Assembly: GCA_002269645.1 (NCBI GenBank)
Contig: NIVC01000542.1
Span: 62,001 to 126,000 of the forward strand
From: Macrostomum lignano
Taxonomy: Eukaryota
Length of the DNA stretch: 64,000 bases
Reading direction: 5' to 3'
Shown: piece by piece, positions 1 to 22,329 of the stretch
Position numbering within the stretch: the first letter of the stretch is position 1
Layout of the letters: every line of letters begins with the position of its first letter
Notes under the pieces: generated by a model
Databases searched by the model: none
What the model was told of the DNA's origin: nothing
What the model saw: only the letters and a program-made list of their open reading frames with translations
Translations under genes and position numbers: made by a program

Positions 1-157
1 AACAGTGGAAAAGAGAAATGGAGCGAAGTGGCGGGCTTCGGGCTCCGCGGCCCGGCAGTCCCAATTACGACGGCATGCTGAACAGTGGAAAAGAGAAATG
101 GAGCGAAGTGGCGGGGGGGCGGCTGCGCTGGAAGGCGACATTCAGCCGGTGGCGCCA

Positions 158-172
158 GTTGCCCCTGGCAAC
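158..172. promoter_or_regulatory. RFX X-box GTTGCC-CCT-GGCAAC
   Basis: Strict match to GTNRCC(N0-3)RGYAAC, 2.4 kb upstream of the DCX-EMAP ATG. Confidence 0.45.
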
Positions 173-529
173 AGAGATAAGGGGGCCAGAGCCAAGGGGA
201 GAATGGAGACGATGGGAAGAGGAGGATGAGGAGGAGATGCTGAGGGACGCTGGATCTGAAGGAGGGGGGGAGGAGGTGGGAGAAAAAGCGACAATTCCGT
301 ACACTTTTTTTAATTCCCACGGAGGCGGATTTTTCAGCCTCATTGACGAGGAAGACAATGCGACAAAAATTTAATTTCGATGCTCATCCGTGAGGAGCAG
401 CTTGAGAGGCTGAATTAATTTTCCTATCGATTACTGGGAAACAACATTTGGCCCGTAAATTTGTTCTGTGCAGGTACGAATGACAAGTACAGAGCCAGAC
501 ATTTATGACTCATCTACCGATTCAAAGTT

Positions 530-800
530 ATAGAGTGACAGACAGAGTGACAGATCGAGTGATACATAGAGCGACACATGGAGTGATACATTAGAGTGAT
601 CCATAGAGTGTTACACAGAGTGATACACAGAGTGATACATAGAGTGATACACAGAGTGATACATGATGTAATACACAGTGATACATGATGTAATACACAG
701 TGATACATGATATAATACACAGTGATACATGATGTAATACACAGTGATACATGATATAATACACAGTGATACATGATGTAATACACAGAGTACATAGAGT
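530..800. repeat. Degenerate minisatellite (AGTGATACA-based, 10-25 bp units)
   Basis: Repeated agtgatacac and agtgatacatgatgtaatacac. Confidence 0.8.
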
Positions 801-964
801 GATGCAGATAGGGTGACATTTAGAGCGATAAGAAAAGTGACAGACAAAGCGCCAAAAGAGTGACAAAGAGAGTGACATGCTGAAGTGCCAGATGTAGCGA
901 TGAATAAACTGGCTAATGAAGTCCTCGTCACGGCGACAGTTAGTCCGCATGCAGGCGCTCACAG

Positions 965-1565
965 CTCACACAGGGTCATCATCAACCATGCACACTCTCT
1001 GTGCCTCGGAGACAGGGTCATCATCAACCATGCACACTCTCTGTGCCTCGGAGACAGGGTCACAACCATGCACACTCTCTGTGCCTCGGAGACAGGGTCA
1101 TCATCAACCATGCACACTCTCTGTGCCTCGGAGACAGGGTCATCATCAACCATGCACACTCTGTGCCTCGGAGACAGGGTCATCATCAACCATGCACTCT
1201 CTGTGCCTCGGAGACAGGGTCATCATCAACCATGCACACTCTCTGTGCCTCGGAGACAGGGTCACAACCATGCACACTCTTTGTGCCTCGGAGACAGGGT
1301 CACAACCATGCACACTCTTTGTGCCTCGGAGACAGGGTCACAACCATGCACACTCTTTGTGCCTCGGAGACAGGGTCATCATCAACCATGCACACTCTCT
1401 GTGCCTCGGAGACAGGGTCACAACCATGCACACTCTCTGTGCCTCGGAGACAGGGTCATCATCAACCATGCACACTCTGTGTGCCTCGGAGACAGGGTCA
1501 CAACCATGCACACTCTCTGTGCCTCGGAGACAGGGTCACAACCATGCACACTCTCTGTGCCTCGG
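965..1565. repeat. Minisatellite with 36-42 bp unit (cacactctctgtgcctcggagacagggtca(tcat)caaccatg)
   Basis: About 15 tandem copies. Confidence 0.9.
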
Positions 1566-1617
1566 AGGCTGGCACTCATGGGTGAGAAAAGCACAACAGG
1601 CCCCTGACCGATGAGCC

Positions 1618-1670
1618 TTAAAAATGAAACGGGAATCGAACCCACCAACTGCGGCACCAGAGCGGAGACA
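1618..1670 (-). mobile_element. Partial second copy of the tRNA-derived element
   Basis: Minus-strand GCTCTGGTG...GGTTCGATTCC with the same spacing as at 42768-42800, followed by TTTTT. No A-box is seen. Confidence 0.3.
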
Positions 1671-2568
1671 GGAGCCGAAAAATCACGCTGAAAAGAAATA
1701 TGGAGTGGCACATGGAGTGCCGAGAACCCCGTGAACAAGCTTTTTCACTTTTCTTGCCATTCCCAAGACTGCATCTTTCAACAAAGGAACTTCCTAAGAG
1801 CCAAGAAGCGGAGCGTCAACCAGGAAAACGCAGAATTCTAATCGGGTGGATGCGGAAAAAAGCATGCATTGTCTTCTGTAGGATTTCCCGCGGGACGCGA
1901 AGACAGACTCTGGGCATCAGGCAAGGAGAGGCACAGATGGCTGGCAGCCGGGCCGGGACAGTCAAGACACAAGCACCTGCAAACCCTCACAGAGCAAACA
2001 GACTTCCCTGCTCAGCCCATTCTAAACCCTGCTGCTTGCGCATATTCTGCTGCGCAGAGGCAGAAAAAGAGAAAAGCCAGAAGCAAAGGTTTTTCGGCTC
2101 TCTATTTGGCTTTTTATTCTAGTTAAAACATGCAGCTTTCACTTGTCGCTTCTGAGTCTGGAGCTCAACCCGGCAGCCTGGGGAGAGCAGCTCTCTGTTT
2201 GCTTTCAACAAGCTGACTGTTGAAAAGCCGAGAAATTCATTGCCGCTTCTGCTGTTGCCGCAGAAGCAGACAGAGGCGGAGAAACGAAGCCATGCTGAGG
2301 CAGAATAGAATATTCGAACTTGGTAACTAGAAGAAGTAATTGCCATATTAGCTGGTTGCTTCCAGAAGATATCTGGATGGGTGAGTGTTTCCCTGCTCCC
2401 CTGCTCACGACTGCGTGCCTCATTAACTCAACTTCATACTCTCGTTTTTTAGTCCACAGATCTCTTTGATGTCTAACCAGCTCCTAGAAACGAGTTAGCA
2501 ACCCCATGGCAACCCCAGGGGATCATATCTAGAGTAAAAGTCTTCTTGAGAAGCCGGTTAGCAACCGC

Positions 2569-13396
<10,828 letters not shown>

Positions 13397-14002
13397 CAGG
13401 GGGGAGAGAGCGCAACAGGACCAGCGGTACAGATTTTTAGCCTCGCAGATTTTCGTCGATTGACTTTGCGGCCAAACAGCTGAACCTTCTACCCGAATGC
13501 TAGGAGTAAAATGCAGTCGCTGGTGACCTCTGGGGTCTCCCGGGTTTTTCTCCCGACCGGTTTTTTTCTCCCGAAATGGTTTTTGCTGTGACTTTTTTAA
13601 CGAATTCAAGAATTTTTGTTTGCTAAGTATTTCTGCGACTGGGGCTCGATCGGGCGGGATCTCTGCGACCGACTTTTATCTTACTTATCTTGCGCTTTTG
13701 TTGCGGAATCAAATTATGAACTATGAACACTTTGAAGGCGAATTAAAACACGAATAGCGGATATTTTTCTTCTGGCGTTTCTCCCTTGGGGAGATTTCAT
13801 TACACGTTCACGCTCGAGCAGGTCGTTTACTACAAAGCTTCTGTGAAAGATTGTTTCTGCTGCGTTTTCGTAAGACAACCCCTTGATTTAAACAAGCTCA
13901 GCTTTATAGCAGCTAACTTAAGCAGTCATGCACAGGAAAATGGATAGTACGGAAAGCATTGTGGTTACATGCAGAAGCACTGATCGTGTTATCAAGGACT
14001 AG

Positions 14003-14420
14003 TTAGTTATCCATGTGTCTGATAGTTAGTTATCCATGTGTCTGATATAATTAGTTATCCATGTGTCTGATAGTTAGTTATCCATGTGTCTGATAGTTAG
14101 TTATCCATGTGTCTGATAGTTAGTTATCCATGTGTCTGATAGTTAGTTATCCATGTGTCTGATAGTTAGTTATCCATGTGTCTGATAGTTAGTTATCCAT
14201 GTGTCTGATAGTTAGTTATCTATGTATCTGATAGTTAGTTATCCACGTGTCTGATAGTTAGTTATCCATGTGTCTGATAGTTAGTTATCCATGCATCTGA
14301 TAGTTAGTTATCTATGTGTCTGATAGTTAGTTATCCATGCATCTGATAGTTAGTTATCTATGTGTCTGATAGTTAGTTATCCATGTGTCTGATAGTTAGT
14401 TATCCATGTGTCTGATAGTC
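14003..14420. repeat. 23-bp minisatellite (tagttagttatccatgtgtctga)
   Basis: About 18 copies between DCX-EMAP and the Rpt6-like gene. Confidence 0.92.
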
Positions 14421-14913
14421 AGTTGCTTACGAGCTACATGCATTGCAGGCAGACGCTCACACTGGGTGTACGATCGTAGTGCCCCTGAGTGTCTATCAGC
14501 AGGAATGCACTCTCCGTGCCCTAAGGTCTGGTCCTCTAGTCGTGAATCGCTGGACTCTGGAGCACGAGCCCCCTGATTTGTGTTGCATCGTGCAGAATCG
14601 ATCCAAAGACATCCCGTGAGATGCAGCTCCCCGCAGTTCTGCTCCTGTTCATGAGGATCAAAACATTGTTGGAAGCTTCAACCTTTTCATTGTACTTTAA
14701 AACCTCTTCAGTACGCAAGCAACCGAACAATTTCATGTCTCGAGCGGGCTGCCTCGGCCACAGACATTTCGCAGCGAGTTGCAGATCAGGTTGATTCTTT
14801 CTCTCATTGATATTTCATGCTCACAAGAGGATTCGAAGTACTCACAAAAGTGTCACAAAGGCTGGCAAATAAGATATCGAATCTCGGATTGCTCGAACCG
14901 CCGCCCGATCCTC

Positions 14914-16885
14914 ATGTCCGACTTGTGGAGTGGCCGGTCCCGCGGCCTGCCACGGCCGGACGTGAACGCGCCGGAGCGCGAGGCCTTTCGCACCGAGGAC
15001 GCCAGCTCGTCCACCCTGGAAGCCGACTGTTTCAACCCGGGCGGAGCGGCAGTGCAGTGCGGCACCGACCTGTTCCGGCTGTACATGCGGCACAAAATCG
15101 TGGACGCCAACCTCAGCCTGAACCACTGCAGCTACCGACTGAGCGTACTTGAGCAGCTCGCCAAGCACAAGCTGCGCTACCTCAAACAGCTCGAGACCGT
15201 CGCTGAGAAGCTCGAGGACTCGCCAAGGTACGTGGCGCTGGTGCAGTCCGTTTTGGGCCGCCAGATGGTCCGCATCAAGCTCGGCAGCGAGAGCTTCGTG
15301 GTGACGCTCAGAGAGCGGCTTCCGCTGGCTGACAAAATTCGGCCCAACTGCAAAGTGGGCATCCGGTTCACCCCGACCGGCGGCATGGAGATCTACCGGG
15401 TGTTCCCAGATGTCCAGGACCCGCTGGTGGCGCTGATGCTGGTGCAGAAGGACACGGAGTCCACCTACGAGATGATCGGCGGCCTGGAACGGCAGATTCG
15501 TGAGATCAAGGAGGTCGTTGAACTGCCCATCCTGCACCCGGAGCTATTCACCTCGCTGGGCATCTCGCAGCCGAAGGGCGTGCTGCTGTACGGGCCGCCG
15601 GGCACCGGCAAGACCATGCTGGCCAGGGCGGTGGCCCACCACACCAAGTGCGCCTTCTTCAAGCTGTCGGGCACCGAGCTGGTGCAGAAGTACATCGGCG
15701 AAGGCGCCCGCCTCATGCGGGAGCTGTTCATCCTGGCCAGACAGAAGGCGCCGTCCATCATCTTCTTGGACGAGGTGGACAGCATCGGCACCAAGCGGTC
15801 GGACGGTGGCGGCGGCAGCCACAGCAGCGGAGGAGGCTCGTCCTGCGAGCGCACGATGATTGAGCTGCTCAACCAGGTGGACGGCTTTGAGCCGGCTGAG
15901 AATATCAAGGTTGGCGCTCTCTACCTGTGCTTAGTTGAGGACTCTGGTGAAAGAAAGCTCTCAGCACAGCACCTGAGACAGTTCTCAGCACAGTCCATGA
16001 GACAGTTCTCAGCACAGCACCTGAGACAGTTCTCAGCACAACCCTGAGACAGTTCTCAGCACAGCCCTGAGACAGTTCTCAGCACAGCCCCTGAGACAGT
16101 TCTCAGCACAGCCCTGAGACAGTTCTCAGCACAGTCCCTGAGACAGTTCTTAGCACAGTCCTTGAGACAGTTCTCAGCACAGTCCCTGAGACAGTTCTCA
16201 GCACAGTCCATGAGACAGTTCTCAGCACAGTCCAGGAGACAGTTCTCAGCACAGCACCTGAGACAGTTCTCAGCACAGTCCAGGAGACAGTTCTTAGCAC
16301 AGTCCCTGAGACAGTTCTTAGCACAGTCCCTGAGACAGTCATCTATGGTATTCATTAAGTTTATTTGTAAACACTCGTAGTCTACCTGAGACAGTCAGTA
16401 AGACTAATACAGTACTCAAGACTGTCCCTAAAACAGTTCTAAAGGGACAGTCGTAAGCCAGTCGTAAAGACATTTTTTCTACCTAAGACGCAACTTCAAA
16501 GCCGTCCTTAGCCACCGGCTCGCACCTGATCCCCGCCCAGGTGATCCTGGCCACCAACCGCATCGACACCCTGGACGAAGCCCTGATCCGGCCAGGCCGG
16601 GTGGACCGCAAGATTTTCTTCCCGCCGCCCAACCTGGACGGCCGGGTTGACATTCTGCGCATCCACTCCCGACGGATGAACCTCGGGCGCGGCGTCTGTC
16701 TCCGCGCCGTGGCCGAGCGAATGCACGGAGCGTCGGGCGCCGAGCTGAAGCTCATCTGCCAGGAGGCCGCGTTCTCGGCGCTGCGCGAGGGCCGCCAGTT
16801 CGTGACGCAGGAGGACTTCCTGCAGCGAATCGATAAGGTGATGAAGAGTCTGAGCGCCAGAGACGAGTACCAGCACACCAAGTGA
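14914..16885 (+). CDS. PSMC5: 26S proteasome AAA-ATPase regulatory subunit 8 (Rpt6/PSMC5)-like, divergent paralogue, about 446 aa, 2 exons
   Basis: Exons 14914-15909 and 16541-16885 (NIK|VILATNR, phase 0). Rpt6-diagnostic [20 protein letters not shown] and LARAVAHHT. Walker A GPPGTGKT, Walker B IIFLDEVD, Arg finger [11 protein letters not shown], and [16 protein letters not shown]. The start Met is inferred as the first ATG of the GC3-rich region. Confidence 0.9.
15958..16340. repeat. 24-bp minisatellite (tctcagcacagtccctgagacagt)
   Basis: About 16 copies in the Rpt6-like intron; the unit has an internal tctcag/ctgaga inverted repeat. Confidence 0.92.
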
Positions 16886-16907
16886 CCGAAGGCTGCGATT
16901 GGTGGGA

Positions 16908-16913
16908 AATAAA
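16908..16913 (+). terminator. Polyadenylation signal AATAAA of the Rpt6-like gene
   Basis: AATAAA lies 23 nt after the stop codon. Confidence 0.55.
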
Positions 16914-17099
16914 ATATTCATTTGCAGCAGCGAGCCTTCATTTTCCATTCGGTTTGACAGTCTGATAAATTATGCTTTCTTGTCCTCCTATTTTGTTTCG
17001 GTCATGGCTGCAGCTGGGTCAGCCATCGGAGGCATTCTTAGTGCTCAGATAGTTGCTGCCTTGACGTGAATTCGGAGCAGGCTTTGAAGTGTCTGACAT

Positions 17100-19352
17100 T
17101 GGAATGGTCATTTGTGCTGTCATCTCTGGCTAGCTGATGTCTCTGACAGTGGAATGGTGAATGTGCTGTCATCTCTGGCTAGCTGATGTCTCTGACAGTG
17201 GAATGGTGAATGTGCTGTCATCTCTGGCTAGCTGATGTCTCTGACAGTGGAATGGTGAATGTGCTGTAATCTCTGGCTAGCTGATGTCTCTGACAGTGGA
17301 ATAGTGTATTTGCTGTCATCTCTGGCTAGCTGATGTCTCTGACAGTGGAATGGTGAATGTGCTGTCATCTCTGGCTAGCTGATGTCTCTGACAGTGGAAT
17401 GGTGAATGTGCTGTCATCTCTGGCTAGCTGATGTCTCTGACAGTGGAATGGTGTATTTGCTGTCATCTCTGGCTAGCTGATGTCATCTGACAGTGGAATG
17501 GTGAATGTGCTGTCATCTCTGGCTAGCTGATGTCTCTGACAGTGGAATGGTGAATGTGCTGTCATCTCTGGCTAGCTGATGTCTCTGACAGTGGAATGGT
17601 GTATTTGCTGTCATCTCTGGCTAGCTGATGTCTCTGACAGTGGAATGGTGAATGTGCTGTCATCTCTGGCTAGCTGATGTCTCTGACAGTGGAATGGTGA
17701 ATGTGCTGTCATCTCTGGCTAGCTGATGTCTCTGACAGTGGAATGGTGAATGTGCTGTCATCTCTGGCTAGCTGATGTCTCTGACAGTGGAATGGTGAAT
17801 GTGCTGTCATCTCTGGCTAGCTGATGTCTCTGACAGTGGAATGGTGAATGTGCTGTCATCTCTGGCTAGCTGATGTCTCTGACAGTGGAATGGTGTATTT
17901 GCTGTCATCTCTGGCTAGCTGATGTCTCTGACAGTGGAATGGTGTATTTGCTGTCATCTCTGGCTAGCTGATGTCATCTGACAGTGGAATGGTGTATTTG
18001 CTGTCATCTCTGGCTAGCTGATGTCATCTGACAGTGGAATGGTGAATGTGCTGTCATCTCTGGCTAGCTGATGTCTCTGACAGTGGAATGGTGTATGTGC
18101 TGTCATCTCTGGCTAGCTGATGTCTCTGACAGTGGAATGGTGTATGTGCTGTCATCTCTGGCTAGCTGATGTCATCTGACAGTGGAATGGTGAATGTGCT
18201 GTCATCTCTGGCTAGCTGATGTCATCTGACAGTGGAATGGTGAATGTGCTGTCATCTCTGGCTAGCTGATATAATCTGACAGTGGAATGGTGAATGTGCT
18301 GTCATCTCTGGCTAGCTGATGTCTCTGACAGTGGAATTGTCCTTGTGCTGTCATCTCTGGCTAGCTGATGTCATCTGACAGTGGAATGGTGAATGTGCTG
18401 TCATCTCTGGCTAGCTGATGTCTCTGACAGTGGAATTGTCCTCGTGCTGTCATCTCTGGCTAGCTGATGTCTCTGACAGTGGAATTGTCCTTGTGCTGTA
18501 ATCTCTAGCTAGCTGATGTCATCTGACAGTGGAATGGTGAATGTGCTGTTATCTCTGGCTAGCTGATGTCTCTGACAGTGAAATTGTCCTTGTGCTGTCA
18601 TCTCTGGCTAGCTGATATAATCTGACAGTAGAATTGTCCTTGTGCTGTCATCTCTGGCTAGCTGATGTCTCTGACAGTGGAATGGTGTATGTGCTGTCAT
18701 CTCTGGCTAGCTGATGTCATCTGACAGTGGAATGGTGTATTTGCTGCCATCTCTGGCTAGCTGATGTCATCTGACAGTGGAATGGTGAATGTGCTGTCAT
18801 CTCTGGCTAGCTGATGTCATCTGACAGTGGAATGGTGAATGTGCTGTCATCTCTGGCTAGCTGATGTCATCTGACAGTGGAATGGTGAATGTGCTGTCAT
18901 CTCTGGCTAGCTGATGTCATCTGACAGTGGAATGGTGAATGTGCTGTCATCTCTGGCTAGCTGATGTCTCTGACAGTGGAATTGTCCTTGTGCTGTCATC
19001 TCTGGCTAGCTGATGTCATCTGACAGTGGAATGGTGAATGTGCTGTCATCTCTGGCTAGCTGATATAATCTGACAGTGGAATTGTCCTTGTGCTGTAATC
19101 TCTGGCTAGCTGATGTCATCTGACAGTGGAATGGTGAATGTGCTGTCATCTCTGGCTAGCTGATGTCTCTGACAGTGGAATAGTGTATTTGCTGTCATCT
19201 CTGGCTAGCTGATGTCATCTGACAGTGGAATGGTGAATGTGCTGTCATCTCTGGCTAGCTGATGTCATCTGACAGTGGAATGGTGAATGTGCTGTCATCT
19301 CTGGCTAGCTGATGTCTCTGACAGTGGAATGGTGTATGTGCTGTCATCTCTG
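17100..19352. repeat. 49-bp minisatellite (tgctgtcatctctggctagctgatgtctctgacagtggaatggtgaatg)
   Basis: About 46 copies over 2.25 kb, with a few interspersed variant blocks. Confidence 0.95.
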
Positions 19353-20160
19353 GTTGTTTTTATGCAGATTAAAAGTAAACCTAGCGAAAAAAACTGCATT
19401 GGCTCTGGTGAGAGATAAAAAATTCAATTAAAATTTTTGATGCCGGATTATCGAGCTCTGCATTCTCGCGCAACAAATTCATTTCCATATTTGCCGCGAG
19501 AGCTTCAAAACCGGGTTTGAAAAGCAGGGCGAAAGTTTAAAATTAGGAACAATTAATCAGCCAGGTGAGCAGCCCTAGCAAGAAAATTCAATCGATAAAA
19601 AATAGGTCAAATCCCTCCATGTAAAAAATCCGATGGCGTCAACTGAGAATCTATCCCGCTGACTCCCTGCAGCCTCAATAATTGAGTCCAGAGCGTCTCC
19701 AGGGGGCAGCGCCGGGCTGCAAAGGGCTTGGCGAATCTCCCGGTTTTTCCCCGGGAGAAGGCGAGGCAAAAAGAGATTACTTTATCAGGCGACTGACAAG
19801 AACGCGGAGGGGATTTGGGGCAGAAGGCTGATCATTCCGACGGGGCGGCCCTGCCCGCACATGACTCCCTTGAAGCCTTTTTTATCTGCAGCCGCGTCCG
19901 GGGCTCCGGTGCGACTCCCCTGCCGACTGTTTCTCCTTTTTATCTCGCGCATTCTGAGCAGCGAGCAGCTCAACAGGACGCTGAGGCGGGCGGCACAGAA
20001 GCACAGCTGAGCTGTCAATATCCTATTCGCACAAAGAATATTGGATTTAGACAGCTGCCTGAGCATCAAAGAGTCAGAGAGAACAGCCGGGACTGCGCGG
20101 TGCAGCCAGATTCAAAGATAGAGCCAAGCTTCTCCTGCCTGATGCCGAGTGAAATATAGA

Positions 20161-21290
20161 GTTGGTGAGTGAGAGTGACAGGGACTGTGAGTGAGAGTGA
20201 CAGTGTGCTAGAGTTGGTGAGTGAGAGTGACAGTGAGCTAGAGTTGGTGAGTAAGAGTGACAGGGACTGTGAGTGAGAGTGACAGTGTGCTAGAGTTGGT
20301 GAGTGAGAGTGACAGTGTGCTAGAGTTGGTGAGTGAGAGTGGCAGTGTGCTAGAGTTGGTGAGTGAGAGTGACCGTGTGCTAGAGTTGGTGAATGAGAGT
20401 GACAGTGTGCTAGAGTTGGTGAATGAGAGTGGCAGTGAGCTAGAGTTGGTGAGTGAGAGTGGCAGTGTGCTAGAGTTGGTGAATGAGAGTGGCAGTGAGC
20501 TAGAGTTGGTGAATGAGAGTGGCAGTGAGCTAGAGTTGGTGAGTGAGAGTGGCAGTGTGCTAGAGTTGGTGAATGAGAGTGGCAGTGAGCTAGAGTTGGT
20601 GAGTGAGAGTGACAGTGAGCTAGAGTTGGTGAGTGAGAGTGGCAGTGTGCTAGAGTTGGTGAATGAGAGTGGCAGTGAGCTAGAGTTGGTGAATGAGAGT
20701 GGCAGTGAGCTAGAGTTGGTGAGTGAGAGTGGCAGTGTGCTAGAGTTGGTGAATGAGAGTGGCAGTGAGCTAGAGTTGGTGAATGAGAGTGGCAGTGTGC
20801 TAGAGTTGGTGAATGAGAGTGGCAGTGTGCTAGAGTTGGTGAGTGAGAGTGACAGTGAGCTAGAGTTGGTGAATGAGAGTGGCAGTGTGCTAGAGTTGGT
20901 GAGTGAGAGTGGCAGTGAGCTAGAGTTGGTGAATGAGAGTGGCAGTGTGCTAGAGTTGGTGAATGAGAGTGGCAGTGTGCTAGAGTTGGTGAATGAGAGT
21001 GGCAGTGAGCTAGAGTTGGTGAGTGAGAGTGGCAGTGTGCTAGAGTTGGTGAGTGAGAGTGGCAGTGAGCTAGAGTTGGTGAATGAGAGTGGCAGTGTGC
21101 TAGAGTTGGTGAGTGAGAGTGGCAGTGTGCTAGAGTTGGTGAATGAGAGTGGCAGTGAGCTAGAGTTGGTGAATGAGAGTGACAGTGAGCTAGAGTTGGT
21201 GAATGAGAGTGACAGTGAGCTAGAGTTGGTGAATGAGAGTGGCAGTGTGCTAGAGTTGGTGAATGAGAGTGGCAGTGTTTTAGAACTGTG
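20161..21290. repeat. 30-bp minisatellite (gagttggtga(g/a)tgagagtg(g/a)cagtg(t/a)gcta)
   Basis: About 37 copies; it explains the 419- and 344-aa ORFs. Confidence 0.95.
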
Positions 21291-21661
21291 AATAGGCCCG
21301 AGTGTTGTTGAGAACCCATTATCAATAGTGAGGTCAGTTAGCCCGAGGCAGTGAGCAGAGATGCCAGTGCTCAGAGCAGAGACCAGAAACAGGAAAATTC
21401 ATGCCAGAGCTCGTGAGCCGGGCCGAGCAGCAGTCGCAGCGCGGGCAGAAAAAGCAGAAATTCCTCTCTACGCCGTCGAAGCGGACGAAGGGAAATTGAA
21501 GCGACAGCCGGCCGGCCCGGCCTAAAGTGCATCCGCACTTCGTCGCACGGCGCACAAAAAGTCTCAAAACCGAAAACACGCGCCAGGATGGGGGGGGGGG
21601 TAAACAGCTTGGGATTTGCCGCGCCAATAAATCAGTCAGGCCGACCAAAGCCTGCTGGTTT

Positions 21662-21690
21662 ATGCGGCCTCTTGTGGCTGCCGCTGGCCG
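21662..21690 (+). CDS. Candidate first coding exon of the SCYL2-like gene (MRPLVAAAG-R)
   Basis: ATG at 21662 and a strong GTGAGT donor at 21691 in phase 2, matching the phase-2 acceptor at 22330. The alternative is a 5'UTR exon with the start at ATG 22379. Confidence 0.35.
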
Positions 21691-22039
21691 GTGAGTTTTG
21701 GTTATTTACTGTTAGTCTCCAGGCGCCGAGCACAATGGACCAGCCAGCTCATTCATCCTCGGAGGTCATGGGCGGAGGGGCATCGAGGCCTCCCAGCTTC
21801 CAGCATCCAACACCTATTGTTGTTACCTTCGGCTGTGGCTGCCTCAATGTAAAAATATTCATTGCCCATCCATTTTTCACGATTCAAAATTGCAGGCCGA
21901 GTCTGATTGGCTGAGCCAGAGGGCAGCGTGGGGGAGTGAGAGTGGAGAGGAGAGAAGGAGGCTGGCGTATAGAAAAGAGGAACCATTGAGCCTTGAGTCG
22001 CGGTAGCCTTCACAATCACCTGCCGTCTATCGGCAACTC

Positions 22040-22300
22040 TCAGCGACTCTCAGCGACTCTCAGCGACTCTCAGCGACTCTCAGCAACTCTCAGCGACTCT
22101 CAGCGACTCTCAGCAACTCTCGACCCTCAGCGACTCTCAGCGACTCTCAGCAACTCTCGACCTTCAGCGACTCTCAGCGACTCTCAGCGACTCTCAGCGG
22201 GTCTCAGCGACTCTACGGCTCGTAAGCGACTCTCAGCGACTCTCAGAGACTCTCAGAAACTCTAAACAACTCTCGACTCTAAGCAACTCTCAGCCATCCT
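22040..22300. repeat. 10-bp minisatellite (ctcagcgact)
   Basis: Lies just upstream of the acceptor at 22329. Confidence 0.85.
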
Positions 22301-22329
22301 CAGTGCAGGGAAATTTCTCAGATCCGCAG

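Noticed and set aside
1-374. 118-aa ORF and a 35-nt direct repeat (1-35, 81-115)
   Set aside because: No recognisable domain or splice context, and the two repeat copies are in different frames. It could be part of a gene starting before the window, but that is unsupported.
14842-15908. Antisense ORFs over Rpt6-like, UGCG and DCX-EMAP exons
   Set aside because: They are shadows of GC3-rich coding sequence.
17100-19352. Regular 47-64-bp arrays (also 23590, 27261, 34165, 58355) as CRISPR arrays
   Set aside because: They are head-to-tail units with no unique spacers, there are no cas genes, and the context is eukaryotic.
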